This document shows, piece after piece, positions 1 through 9,092 of a DNA stretch of 64,000 nucleotides. The DNA is from Anaerolineaceae bacterium. Its GTDB lineage: Bacteria > Chloroflexota > Anaerolineae > Anaerolineales > Anaerolineaceae. The position numbers and the translations under genes were made by a program. Below the pieces are notes generated by a model. It saw only the letters and a list, made by a program, of their open reading frames with translations. It did not search any database and was not told the origin of the DNA. The first letter of the stretch is position 1, and the number at the start of each line of letters is the position of its first letter. Where the stretch lies: NCBI GenBank assembly GCA_050946715.1, contig JBMNVH010000003.1:53924-117923 (forward strand), in the 5' to 3' direction.

Positions 1-1792
1 CCAAACCTGTGCCGCTTGATTTTGTCGTCAGGAAGGGTTCGAAAACGCGGTCAATAACATCTTCCGGTATCCCGGGACCTGAATCCGCAATGATTATCTC
101 ACATTGTGGCGGTATTGTCTGTGGGTTTGCAAGGTTCATTTTGACATTCAGGCTGCCGCCTTTATCTTCCATCGCCTGAATAGCATTGCTGATCAGGTTC
201 GTAAAAACCTGTTCAATCGCCCTTGGGTCGGCTTTGACAAGGATAAGCTCCTCCGGCGCATTGAAGTCGTAACTGATTTTTAGATGTGCCATCCGCGGTG
301 ACCATTTCTCAAGGATCATCGGGATCATGTTCCTTAGATCCAGCGCTTGCGGTTGATATTCAAAGGGTTTGGAGAATGATAAGGTTGAATTTACCAAATG
401 CTTCAGTCGTTGACAATCGTTTTGAAGTCGTTCAACCCACTCTGCCTCGGGCGTGTCAGGTTTCAATTGTATGCCAAGCAGCTGCAGACCGGTAGCGATG
501 CTGTTGATCGGGTTTTTTACTTCATGAGCAAAAATGGCAGAAAACTCTCCTAAAAATGCCCTCTGTTCAAGCTGTTGGGTGTGCTGACGGATCTTCTCAG
601 TTTTACTGATGTCACGTATGATCAGAACGATATTTTTTACGTTATCGTTCACCATGACCGGCAGACATAATACCTGAGCAGGAAAAGCATCACCGAGGCG
701 ATGATTCAGGCTAATGTTGTTACCAACCATAAGCGGGATGCCCTGTTGAGCGCTTTTGTACAGGTTGGGGAGGGTCTCACTGCCAATCAGGACCATCTCA
801 ACGTCCTGTTGAAAAACTTCCAGGCTGGCATAGCCCAACATGCTTTCGGCGGCGGGATTCATCTCCGTGATGCGCAGGTCAGGGGTGAGAATGATGATGC
901 CTTCTTCCAGATTGTCGGTGATTCTTTGCTGGATGGCGGCGATGTGACGAACGTTGCGGAGGGTTTTTCGGGCATTATCCAGCAGGGATAAATTGTTGAT
1001 CGTAGCACCGCATTGAGCGCCGAGCAGGTTTAAATAGCGCAGGTCTTCGAGGTCTGGCGACTTGCCATAGCCGCCGAGCACAAAAAGACCCCTTGCCCCG
1101 GCATTGGATGGTATTGGCGCGGTGATGAGGTAACTCATGCCCTCATCCCAGGCCAGCTTCTCCAGTTCGTTTTGCATTGCTTTGCCTTCACGCCAAAGCG
1201 TTGTGGTGGAAGTCGAAGTAATATCTGTGGATTCGAGCTGATCGGGGAAAACAGGGTGGTACGCATAATCTATTATTGAGACAAAATGATCGCCCTCAGC
1301 TTTGTAAATCAAAAACTGCTGTGGCTCTACCACCTGATTGATGATCTCGGTGGCGCATTGGTAGACAGCCTGGACTGATTTACAATCCGAAATTTTGGAT
1401 AGCAGCTTGAGGTTGTCGTAGCGATATTCCTGATTCAGCAAGTCCTGGCGGATCGGGTTTTCTTCGATCTGTGGGGTGAGGACGAGCAGGACAATTTGGT
1501 TGGTCGGGCTGAGAGAGGTGATCTTGAGCAGAACAAAGACCATTTCTCCATCAGCTCTTTGAAAAAGCGCTGGTCTGGATTCGCCGCTGGTAGGGTTGGT
1601 GTCCGGGTCCTCCGGCAAGATCGATGAAAGCCGCAGCGAGAGAAGATCATTGGCATTGTATCCGCTTAGATCATGAAAGGGGGTATTCGCCTTGAAAAGC
1701 CGGTCTTCCGCGCGCAGATAGACGATGGCAGGCTCGGAGATCAGATCAATCAGGGATTGAATGTAGAGCAGGCTGGATGGGATGTTTTCCAC
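1..1792 (-). CDS. Sensor histidine kinase (PAS/GAF-like sensory region + HisKA + HATPase_c), NtrB-like; 3' end cut by the window edge
   Basis: It is absent from the ORF track because there is no stop codon inside the window. The reverse-complement frame is open from GTG (1792..1790) to position 1. The translation contains the H-box GEFSAIFAHEVKNPINSI (about 497..550), the N-box AIEQVFTNLISNAIQAM, G1 IIIADSGPGIPEDV and G2 FLTTKSSGTGLG (1..230). The start lies 3 nt after the rpoN stop. Confidence 0.8.
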   Translation of the reverse strand, partial: MENIPSSLLYIQSLIDLISEPAIVYLRAEDRLFKANTPFHDLSGYNANDLLSLRLSSILPEDPDTNPTSGESRPALFQRADGEMVFVLLKITSLSPTNQIVLLVLTPQIEENPIRQDLLNQEYRYDNLKLLSKISDCKSVQAVYQCATEIINQVVEPQQFLIYKAEGDHFVSIIDYAYHPVFPDQLESTDITSTSTTTLWREGKAMQNELEKLAWDEGMSYLITAPIPSNAGARGLFVLGGYGKSPDLEDLRYLNLLGAQCGATINNLSLLDNARKTLRNVRHIAAIQQRITDNLEEGIIILTPDLRITEMNPAAESMLGYASLEVFQQDVEMVLIGSETLPNLYKSAQQGIPLMVGNNISLNHRLGDAFPAQVLCLPVMVNDNVKNIVLIIRDISKTEKIRQHTQQLEQRAFLGEFSAIFAHEVKNPINSIATGLQLLGIQLKPDTPEAEWVERLQNDCQRLKHLVNSTLSFSKPFEYQPQALDLRNMIPMILEKWSPRMAHLKISYDFNAPEELILVKADPRAIEQVFTNLISNAIQAMEDKGGSLNVKMNLANPQTIPPQCEIIIADSGPGIPEDVIDRVFEPFLTTKSSGTGL

Positions 1793-1795
1793 GGC

Positions 1796-3208
1796 TTATC
1801 CTGATGAGCCAGCTGTTTTTTGACGTAAATGGGCTGGCAGGATCCCTTCCATTGAACGGTATTTTGCCACCGTACGGCGGGCGATAGAGATGCCTTCTTC
1901 TTCGAGTTTTTCTTTGATCTCGGAATCGCTGAGGGGTGTCGTTTCCTCTTCGATCATTTCCTTGATGATGGTGCGGATTGAAAGACTGCGGTCGAAGAAT
2001 ATCGCCAGGGGAACGATCTTTCTGTTTGGAAGTTGGATCGTTTTCCCGGAAACAGCTCTTGAGATCGTGGATTCGTGCAGATCCAAATCCTGCGCGATCT
2101 TTGCGCGGGTGAGCGGCACCATGTCTTTATCGCCGCCGGTGATGTAATCCTTTTGAATGACGACCAGTTTTTCAAGCAGCAACTTCATCGCGTTGGAACG
2201 TTGTTGAATGCATTTGATCAACAAGGACGCTTTTTCGATATCCTCTTTCCACTCACTGGTCTGTTCCTGATCGACCGATTTCATCGATTCTTTAAAGAGT
2301 GGGTTGACCCTCAGGGTGCCGCGAACTGGCAGAATGATCTCTACAACCAGCGGGTTGCCGGGTTTGTCGTTCAGATAGTAGATCAGAACATCAGGTTGGT
2401 GAAAAACTTCCGAACCGCTGGCACTTGGATTGCGCACATCGCCCCAGTAGGCACGGGCAGGGAAAGGATTCAGGTTTTCCGAGATAAAGTTGGCTGCGCT
2501 TTGCACATGTTTTACGCTCGTTTTGAGCTGTTTGGCAATATCATTGTAATGATGCTGACTAACCTGATGGAGATGGTCGCGCACAATTTCGCGGGTCAGA
2601 TCGGGTATTTTTTTCGCTTCTGACAGGCTTTCAATTTGCGCCAGCATCGCTTCACTGGGGGTGGAAGAACAAACGCCCACCGGATCACAGCGTTTTAAAA
2701 TGGCAATGACCTCTTCAATTTCGCTGGGAAGTCGGTGATGGTAGCGGGCAATTTCCAGCACAGTTATGGTCAAAAAGCCATCTTCATCGAGATGATTGAG
2801 GATATAAGCAGCCAGAAGGCGATCATCAGGATGCAGATCAGCGGCAGCCTGGCGCAGGACGTAGCTCGGCAGGTCGATAGATTCTGACGCGTAGGGTTCT
2901 TCGGGTAGCTCGTGGCTGCTCGAGATCCCACCGGTGTAAAAATCTTCGCGAGGGGAAATGAAGACAATTGGCTCATCCGAGGTTTCGGACTTGGGCTGGC
3001 TACAAGCCGGGCAAGGTCCGGTTGGCGGCAGCAAGCGCTTGCACATCGGGCAGCGTCTTTCTTCCACCAGATCCAGGGCTGGGTTGTTTGATAGCTCAGA
3101 TTCAATTCTTTCTTGCAATTCGGCAGCTGTCAGGCTGAGCAAGGTCATTGTTTGAGCCAGATGAGCTGAAGTAGTTGTGAGAGTTTGTTGCCATTGATGT
3201 TGATGCAT
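1796..3208 (-). CDS. rpoN: RNA polymerase sigma-54 factor
   Basis: It has the C-terminal RpoN box ARRTVAKYR, the HTH LTRAKIAQDLDLHESTISRAV and a Q/L-rich region I (MHQHQWQQTL...AELQERIESELSNNPALD). I placed the start at ATG 3208, which has AGAGGA about 6 nt upstream. The ORF-track start at 3310 adds 34 residues that look non-native. Confidence 0.9.
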   Translation of the reverse strand: MHQHQWQQTLTTTSAHLAQTMTLLSLTAAELQERIESELSNNPALDLVEERRCPMCKRLLPPTGPCPACSQPKSETSDEPIVFISPREDFYTGGISSSHELPEEPYASESIDLPSYVLRQAAADLHPDDRLLAAYILNHLDEDGFLTITVLEIARYHHRLPSEIEEVIAILKRCDPVGVCSSTPSEAMLAQIESLSEAKKIPDLTREIVRDHLHQVSQHHYNDIAKQLKTSVKHVQSAANFISENLNPFPARAYWGDVRNPSASGSEVFHQPDVLIYYLNDKPGNPLVVEIILPVRGTLRVNPLFKESMKSVDQEQTSEWKEDIEKASLLIKCIQQRSNAMKLLLEKLVVIQKDYITGGDKDMVPLTRAKIAQDLDLHESTISRAVSGKTIQLPNRKIVPLAIFFDRSLSIRTIIKEMIEEETTPLSDSEIKEKLEEEGISIARRTVAKYRSMEGILPAHLRQKTAGSSG

Positions 3209-3425
3209 ACGGTCCTCTAAACTGAGCAATTTTGCACTTGTGCAAGAATTATACCTGATGTTTTTACATCGTTGAATTTGGATCACATAACTTAACGAAA
3301 TTTTTACCAATCTGGGCGAAACAATGCTGGAAAAGTGAACACTCTTTTGAAAGGTCGGACAATAGTTGAGAACTGATAAATCATCGTACGTGAAGTGATG
3401 TCAAATTCTCAAATCCTGGCTTATA

Positions 3426-4634
3426 ATGAAGAAAAACGAAGGAGAGAGATTTACACAAGCTATGAAACAACCATCCAAAACTGTGGCAAATTTGAAACCT
3501 TACTTTTTCGCCGGTCTGAAAACGGTGATCGCGGAGCTCCAGGCAAAAGGCATGGACGTCATCCGCCTCGATATGGGCTCGCCTGATCTTCCCCCAGCCA
3601 GTTTCATTATCGAAACTCTGGTAGAATCTGCCAGAAACCCCAAAAAGCATGGCTACTCACCTGCCGGTGGATCGGCTGGCTTCCTGAAAGCGGTCAGCAC
3701 CTATTACAAACGTCGTTTTGATGTCGATATCGATCCTGCTACCGAAGCTTTGGCTCTGATCGGCTCCAAAGAAGGTCTTTTCAACCTCAACCACACTTTC
3801 CTGGACCCGGGAGACATGGTCTTGCTGCCCGATCCTTACTATCCGGTCTATCTCGCCGGCGCCCAATTGGCGGACGCGCGCTACCATTTTATGCCCCTGC
3901 TCAAGGAAAACAACTTTTTACCTGATTTTGACGCTATTCCTGAAGAAGTTGCCAGCGAAGCCAAGATCATGTGGCTCAACTACCCTAACAACCCAACTGG
4001 CGCGGTAGCCGGGCTGGATTTCTTCAAGAAAGCCGTAGCGTTTGCGAAGAAATATGACATCCTTATCGCTCATGACGCTCCATATTGTGATCTCTGTTTT
4101 GACGGCTATGAAGCTCCCAGTATTCTTGAGGTTGAGGGCGCAAAGGACGTTGCGGTCGAGTTTAACTCTCTCTCGAAAACCTATAATATGGCTGGTTGGC
4201 GTATTGGTATGGCAGTTGGCAACAAGGAAGCCATTCGACTGCTGGCTAATTACAAGAGCCAGATCGACTCCTCGATCTTCATGCCTATCATGGATGCTGG
4301 CCAGGCAGCCCTAACCTCTGATCAGGCATGGCTGGAAGGTCGCAACAAGATTTACGAAGAAAGACGCAATGTCGTCTATCAGGGTTTGAAAGAAGCTGGC
4401 TTTGAAGTTGATCTGCCCAAAGCAGCTTTATATGTCTGGGCGAAACTGCCTCCAAAATTTGATGATCCGGTCAAGTTCTGCGCTGACCTGCTTAATGATA
4501 CCGGCGTAAGCATGACCCCGGGTGTCGTCTACGGACCGAGTGGCAAGGATTACATTCGCATCTCGATCGTCATTCCCACAGATCGCATCACTGAAGCGAT
4601 CGACCGCCTCAAAGACTGGATCGCGAAGCAATAA
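3426..4634 (+). CDS. PLP-dependent class I/II aminotransferase (LL-diaminopimelate/aspartate aminotransferase-like)
   Basis: The 402-aa ORF carries the PLP-lysine motif NSLSKTYNMAGWRIG, an N-terminal NLKPYFFAGL...GMDVIRLDMGSPDLPP block and the NYPNNPTG motif. The start could instead be ATG 3462. Confidence 0.8.
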   Translation: MKKNEGERFTQAMKQPSKTVANLKPYFFAGLKTVIAELQAKGMDVIRLDMGSPDLPPASFIIETLVESARNPKKHGYSPAGGSAGFLKAVSTYYKRRFDVDIDPATEALALIGSKEGLFNLNHTFLDPGDMVLLPDPYYPVYLAGAQLADARYHFMPLLKENNFLPDFDAIPEEVASEAKIMWLNYPNNPTGAVAGLDFFKKAVAFAKKYDILIAHDAPYCDLCFDGYEAPSILEVEGAKDVAVEFNSLSKTYNMAGWRIGMAVGNKEAIRLLANYKSQIDSSIFMPIMDAGQAALTSDQAWLEGRNKIYEERRNVVYQGLKEAGFEVDLPKAALYVWAKLPPKFDDPVKFCADLLNDTGVSMTPGVVYGPSGKDYIRISIVIPTDRITEAIDRLKDWIAKQ

Positions 4635-4654
4635 GTAGAGAAAAACAGAATACG

Positions 4655-5962
4655 TTGAATTTTATTACTGAAGAATTAACTGAACAAGCGATTATGGTGG
4701 GTGTCCGGCTCGGGCCGGAGACTCACCAACTTTTATCCGTGGAAGACAGCTTGCAGGAACTTGAAATGCTGGCTGAAACGGCTGGGATCGAAGTGGTCGG
4801 TTCCGTCACGCAAAGCCTGAACAGACCCAATTCACGCACCTATATTGGGAAGGGCAAACTTGAAGAGCTAAAACTTTTGGCAGAAGAATTGAATGCCAAA
4901 GTGATTCTCTTTGATGATGAACTCTCGCCGCGTCACCAACGTGAACTTGAAAAGGAATTTCCCGGCGATTATAAGGTCTTGGATCGCACAGCGTTGATTC
5001 TGGACATTTTCGCTCAGCACGCTGACACGCGTGAGGGCATGCTGCAGGTCGAGCTGGCGCAATACAAGTATCGTCTGCCGCGGCTGACGCGGGCATGGAC
5101 GCACCTCGCCAGACAGGCGGGTGGGGCGGCTGGTCGCAGCGGCAGCGTGGGCGGGGTTGGTTTGCGCGGACCCGGGGAAACCCAGCTGGAAGTTGACCGC
5201 CGAGATATCAGCAAGCGCATCGACAAGCTTGAGGAAGAACTCGAAAAAGTGCGCGGGCATCGCACCCGCCACCGCAGTCAGCGCCGCAAGTCGAACATTC
5301 CTGTGGTCGCTTTGGTGGGTTACACGAACGCTGGCAAATCAACTTTGCTTAACGCGCTTACCGATGCTCAGATCTATGTCGCCGACCAACTTTTTGCTAC
5401 GTTGGATCCAACCACCCGGCAATTGGAACTGCCAACAGGCGAAACTGTTTTAATGACGGACACGGTTGGTTTCATTCAAAAACTGCCGACCGACCTGGTG
5501 GCTGCCTTTCGCGCGACGCTGGAGGAGATCGCTGAAGCGGATCTGCTTTTGCACCTGATCGACGGTTCCCATGAAAATGCCCAAAGCCAACGCCAGACCG
5601 TTTTGGAAACGCTGGAAGAGATCGGGGCTGGCGAGATCCCTATCCTGAATGTATATAACAAGATCGATCTTCTCGATGAGGAAAGCTTGCAGGAATTAAA
5701 GGATGGAGCCGATCCACTCTCGCTTTATATCAGCGCCAGGGAGAAGTGGGGATTTGAGGAGCTTTCCGCCGCCATTTCAGCTGGTGTGGCGCAAGGATAC
5801 GAGCGTGTTTCGGTCTTGTTGCCTTATGCTGAAGGGCGCCTGGTCTCGATGTTCCACGAGAAGGGTCATGTGAGAAGCCTGGAACATAAAGAAAACGGCG
5901 TTCGGATCCAAGGCTTGCTGCCGGTTCAATTGTTGGCGTTTTTTGAGAATTATTTGGATTAA
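4655..5962 (+). CDS. hflX: GTPase HflX
   Basis: The 435-aa ORF has the G1 motif GYTNAGKSTLLNALT, the G3 motif DTVGFI and NKID, plus the HflX N-terminal domain (EQAIMVGV...) and a Gly-rich linker. It uses a TTG start. Confidence 0.9.
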   Translation: MNFITEELTEQAIMVGVRLGPETHQLLSVEDSLQELEMLAETAGIEVVGSVTQSLNRPNSRTYIGKGKLEELKLLAEELNAKVILFDDELSPRHQRELEKEFPGDYKVLDRTALILDIFAQHADTREGMLQVELAQYKYRLPRLTRAWTHLARQAGGAAGRSGSVGGVGLRGPGETQLEVDRRDISKRIDKLEEELEKVRGHRTRHRSQRRKSNIPVVALVGYTNAGKSTLLNALTDAQIYVADQLFATLDPTTRQLELPTGETVLMTDTVGFIQKLPTDLVAAFRATLEEIAEADLLLHLIDGSHENAQSQRQTVLETLEEIGAGEIPILNVYNKIDLLDEESLQELKDGADPLSLYISAREKWGFEELSAAISAGVAQGYERVSVLLPYAEGRLVSMFHEKGHVRSLEHKENGVRIQGLLPVQLLAFFENYLD

Positions 5963-6010
5963 ATTTCTTTTACTGGAAACAACTTAATCAATCTGAAGAA
6001 TTATGGGAAT

Positions 6011-6041
6011 AAAAAAACCAGGCAATTCACCTGGTTTCTTT
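6011..6041. terminator. Bidirectional intrinsic terminator between hflX and rpmF
   Basis: AAAAAAACCAGG-caattca-CCTGGTTTCTTT forms a 7-bp stem flanked by an A-run and a T-run, and it sits between convergent genes. Confidence 0.7.
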
Positions 6042-6060
6042 ATTTGTCTAAAAGTCAGGA

Positions 6061-6249
6061 TTATTCTTTGCTGCTGACGTCAAGAATTTCACGACCCTGG
6101 TAGTATCCGCACTTGGGGCAGACACGATGGGGCAAGCGGGCTTCACCGCAGTTCGGGCAATTAACGCTCGCGCTTGCTTTCAGGTGGTCGTGAGCACGAC
6201 GGCGATCCCGTCGTCCGGGGCTAACTTTTCTCTTCGGTAATGGTGTCAT
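6061..6249 (-). CDS. rpmF: 50S ribosomal protein L32
   Basis: The 62-aa product MTPLPKRKVSPGRRDRRRAHDHL...CPNCGE...CPKCGYY shows the typical L32 N-terminus and zinc ribbon. Confidence 0.93.
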   Translation of the reverse strand: MTPLPKRKVSPGRRDRRRAHDHLKASASVNCPNCGEARLPHRVCPKCGYYQGREILDVSSKE

Positions 6250-6372
6250 CTTAACTCCTAACTTGCACTCTTTTTCTTTAACCGTTTTAGTTTAATCAAG
6301 ATTGCCGAAAAAAGCAAGCTTTTGCTTAGATTTATGTGTGGGTTTATGTTGTAAAGAGTAAATAGCCTAAAA

Positions 6373-6472
6373 ACAACAAGCAGTCTCCTCAGAGACCGCT
6401 TTTTTGTCTAAATACGACCAATTGGATTAAAAAGTAGGATGACTATCTCAGTGGAAGCAGCGAGTAGCTTCC
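6373..6472. repeat. Copy A of a ~100-bp repeat: terminator hairpin + TTGTCTAAATACGAnCAATTGGATTA + a decayed dhaK-3'-end-like remnant
   Basis: The first ~57 nt are nearly identical to 7331..7386, with the 4-nt hairpin loop inverted (ctca vs tgag). The next ~43 nt align at lower identity with the dhaK 3' coding end: the reverse translation reads AASTEIVILLF against AAPAEIAIRTF. Confidence 0.75.
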
Positions 6473-6477
6473 CTAAA

Positions 6478-7077
6478 TTAGGGTTGATCTTCATCGAAGA
6501 CCAGGCTTTCGAGCATGTCCATATAGGTGCCCCTAAACACTTCGATATGTTTCGATCTGGAACAAGCCCGAAAAACATAGATCCCGTCCTCCTTGGTCGT
6601 CATGTAATGTAGACAAGTTCTTTCTTCTCCGTAAAGAGCTTCCCCCGTCCTAACCGTATCTTTGGTCTCAAAATGGTACCATTCGTTGCTGCCAATTTTA
6701 ACAGAATCAAGTACCTCATTTCCATCAGGTGGTTGATAACGGTCAGAGTACCAACGAAGACCATTGCTTACAGTTTCGAGTCTTGGTTGATTGTCGACGC
6801 AGACCTGATTAGGAGTCTGATAGATATAGATAGAAAGCCCACAGATCGAGACGCCACCTGGGTCTCCCGGGGATTCAGTAATTTCCCATTCTTTCGGAAC
6901 ATTCAGTCGCAAGGGCATCACTTCAGAGTAATAAAGTGTCATTTCGGGATCAGCTGAATAGGTATCAAAACGATCTGAGAACAAAAAGTAAAACAAATTG
7001 AGAAGAATTAAAATCAAAAAAAGAGTTCCAAGTAAAAATATGAAAATATGGATCGGTTTTATTCGACTATTCCACAT
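6478..7077 (-). CDS. Hypothetical membrane-anchored protein (single N-terminal TM helix, extracytoplasmic domain)
   Basis: The 199-aa ORF has a hydrophobic N-terminus (IHIFIFLLGTLFLILILLNLFYFLF) and no motif I recognise. Its GC looks lower than its neighbours, and it has an AT-rich 300-bp upstream region (7078..7330). Confidence 0.55.
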   Translation of the reverse strand: MWNSRIKPIHIFIFLLGTLFLILILLNLFYFLFSDRFDTYSADPEMTLYYSEVMPLRLNVPKEWEITESPGDPGGVSICGLSIYIYQTPNQVCVDNQPRLETVSNGLRWYSDRYQPPDGNEVLDSVKIGSNEWYHFETKDTVRTGEALYGEERTCLHYMTTKEDGIYVFRACSRSKHIEVFRGTYMDMLESLVFDEDQP

Positions 7078-7330
7078 TAAATCATCTCTCTGTAAACCAA
7101 AATAAAAATTCTTTCATAGTGCAATCTGACTAGATTAGAAAAAACTATAGTTTTATCGTGTTAATTATTTTAGCATGTAATGGCATGGTTCTCACAAACG
7201 ATCCTTTCCTCTTTCTTGAATCTTGTGAAATTGAATAAAGAGGTTTTTCTAAAATCAACTAAAAGCTAAACAGACAACTGATGAGTCGCTACTTCTTCCG
7301 CCTGGCAAAGTTTGAACCCCTGCAAACATT

Positions 7331-7432
7331 ACAACAAGCGGTCTCTGAGGAGACCGCTTGTTGTCTAAATACGAACAATTGGATTAGAAAGTGCGGATGG
7401 CGATTTCGGCGGGAGCTGCCAGGAGGCGTTCC
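7331..7432. repeat. Copy B of the ~100-bp repeat; includes the dhaK terminator hairpin (7336..7359) and the dhaK 3' coding end
   Basis: AAGCGGTCTC-tgag-GAGACCGCTT is a perfect 10-bp stem. TTGTCTAAATACGAACAATTGGATTA follows, ending in the dhaK stop codon (7384..7386). Confidence 0.8.
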
Positions 7433-8379
7433 AACTCGGGATCGAGTTTGACCATGGTGAGCGAGAAGCCTGCCATCTCGAGAGAAGTACAGTAGTCGCC
7501 AACGTAGCTGCGCTTGACCTTCAGACCCATCTTTTCGGCGAGTTCGTGGGCGTGACCGTAGAGCAGATAGAGCTCAGAGATCGGGGTGCCGCCCATGCCG
7601 TTGATCATCAGGGCAATTTCGTCACCAGCCTTGTAGGGCAGATCGGACTGAACTGCTTCGAAGAGCTCATCAACGATCTTGTTGGCGGGCTGCAGCTTGA
7701 CGCGTTTGCGACCTGGTTCGCCGTGGATACCGATACCGATTTCCATTTCGTCCTCTTCAAGCGTGAAGATCGGGGTGCCCTTGGCGGGTGGGGTGCAGCC
7801 GGTCAGAGCCATACCCATGGTGCGGGTCACTTCGACGACATGGTTGCCGATGCCGACCAGTTCTTCGAGGGTTTTGCCTTCTTCGGAAGCGGCGCCACAG
7901 GCTTTCATGACAAAGAAGTTGCCAGCCACACCGCGGCGACCGACTGTGTAGAGGGAGTCTTTGACAGCGACGTCGTCATTGATCACAACGCGACCAACTT
8001 CGATGCCGTCGGCTTCTGCCAGTTCCTGTCCCATGTCAAAGGACATGGTATCGCCGGTGTAGTTGTTGAGCAGATGGAGGACGCCCATCGGACCAGCAAC
8101 CAGTTTGGTGGTTTGATAAACGAAATCGGCAGGAGGTGCGGCAAAGACGTTGCCGGGGCAGGCGGCATCGAGCATACCGCGACCGACCGTCATAACGTGT
8201 GCCGGTTCGTGACCTGATCCGGAACCCTGCATGATGGAAACCTTGTTGTCCATCGGGATGCACGTGCGCATGATCAGGTTGTATTCAGGGATATATTTGA
8301 GGGTATCAGGATTTGCTAAGGCAATGCCTTTGAGCATTTCGGGTACAAAATCTTTTGGGTCATTTACAAATTTTTTCAT
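7384..8379 (-). CDS. dhaK: Dihydroxyacetone kinase, DhaK (substrate-binding) subunit
   Basis: The 331-aa ORF has the N-terminus MKKFVNDPKDFVPEMLKGIALANPD and the motif SGSGHEPAH, both typical of the Dak1 domain. Confidence 0.9.
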   Translation of the reverse strand: MKKFVNDPKDFVPEMLKGIALANPDTLKYIPEYNLIMRTCIPMDNKVSIMQGSGSGHEPAHVMTVGRGMLDAACPGNVFAAPPADFVYQTTKLVAGPMGVLHLLNNYTGDTMSFDMGQELAEADGIEVGRVVINDDVAVKDSLYTVGRRGVAGNFFVMKACGAASEEGKTLEELVGIGNHVVEVTRTMGMALTGCTPPAKGTPIFTLEEDEMEIGIGIHGEPGRKRVKLQPANKIVDELFEAVQSDLPYKAGDEIALMINGMGGTPISELYLLYGHAHELAEKMGLKVKRSYVGDYCTSLEMAGFSLTMVKLDPELERLLAAPAEIAIRTF

Positions 8380-8403
8380 GTCTCTCCTTTTCAGACTAAG
8401 AAT

Positions 8404-9027
8404 TTAGGCTCTCCAGGCTTCGCTGAGAGCTTTGATCATGGTGGCTACGGCAACAGACCCGGCATCAAGTGTGCCGATGCTGCGTTCGCCGGTGTAGGAC
8501 GCGCGACCGCGCTTGGCAAGCATTGGTCGCGTGGCTTCAGCGGCATCCGCGGAAACCTGGGTTGCAATATCGAGAATTTCGAGGTCAGATTTGCCCTCGT
8601 TGATAGCGGTCTCAATAGCGTCGGTGGTCGGAATCAGGGTGTCGATATAAGTTTTGTCACCCAGATCGCAATTACCACGCTTTTTGATACCTTCGATAAC
8701 GGCACGAAGCATGGGAACAACGTCTTCTCTCCCAACAGCTTCTTTGGTGCCTAAGGACATTCCAGCTCGCAGGAAAGTGGTTCCCCAGATAGTACCAGAG
8801 ACGCCACCAACCGCGCCCATGATGATCTTGGCGATTTCTTTGAGGAAGGTGCCTGGGTTGGTACGATCGATCTCGTCCCAGTGCTCAAGAACCTTTTCAA
8901 ATCCACGGGCAAGTGAATAACCAAAATCGCCATCACCGCATACTGCGTCCAGTTCGCTGAAATAGGCTTCGTTTTTCAAAGCGGTATCAGCGATGGACTT
9001 GACTACAAATTCTATATCTTTACTCAT
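8404..9027 (-). CDS. dhaL: Dihydroxyacetone kinase, DhaL (nucleotide-binding) subunit
   Basis: The 207-aa ORF has the Dak2 motif LDAVCGDGDFG and a C-terminal KRGRASY...G block. Confidence 0.88.
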   Translation of the reverse strand: MSKDIEFVVKSIADTALKNEAYFSELDAVCGDGDFGYSLARGFEKVLEHWDEIDRTNPGTFLKEIAKIIMGAVGGVSGTIWGTTFLRAGMSLGTKEAVGREDVVPMLRAVIEGIKKRGNCDLGDKTYIDTLIPTTDAIETAINEGKSDLEILDIATQVSADAAEATRPMLAKRGRASYTGERSIGTLDAGSVAVATMIKALSEAWRA

Positions 9028-9092
9028 TTATTCTTTTCCTTGTGTTCTATTATTTTAATATTATTAATCAATGTTTCTATTGACACCTCCCT

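Noticed and set aside
36-43. GGTTCGAA (tRNA T-loop-like string), noted during a scan of the intergenic regions for tRNA, rRNA or tmRNA
   Set aside because: It lies inside the histidine-kinase coding frame with no acceptor or anticodon stems around it. None of the intergenic regions showed cloverleaf-compatible sequence.
7546-8217. 223-aa ORF antisense to dhaK (and the shorter ORFs 7679..7951, 7983..8168 and 8036..8263)
   Set aside because: These are shadow frames of a well-supported gene, with no start context or motifs.
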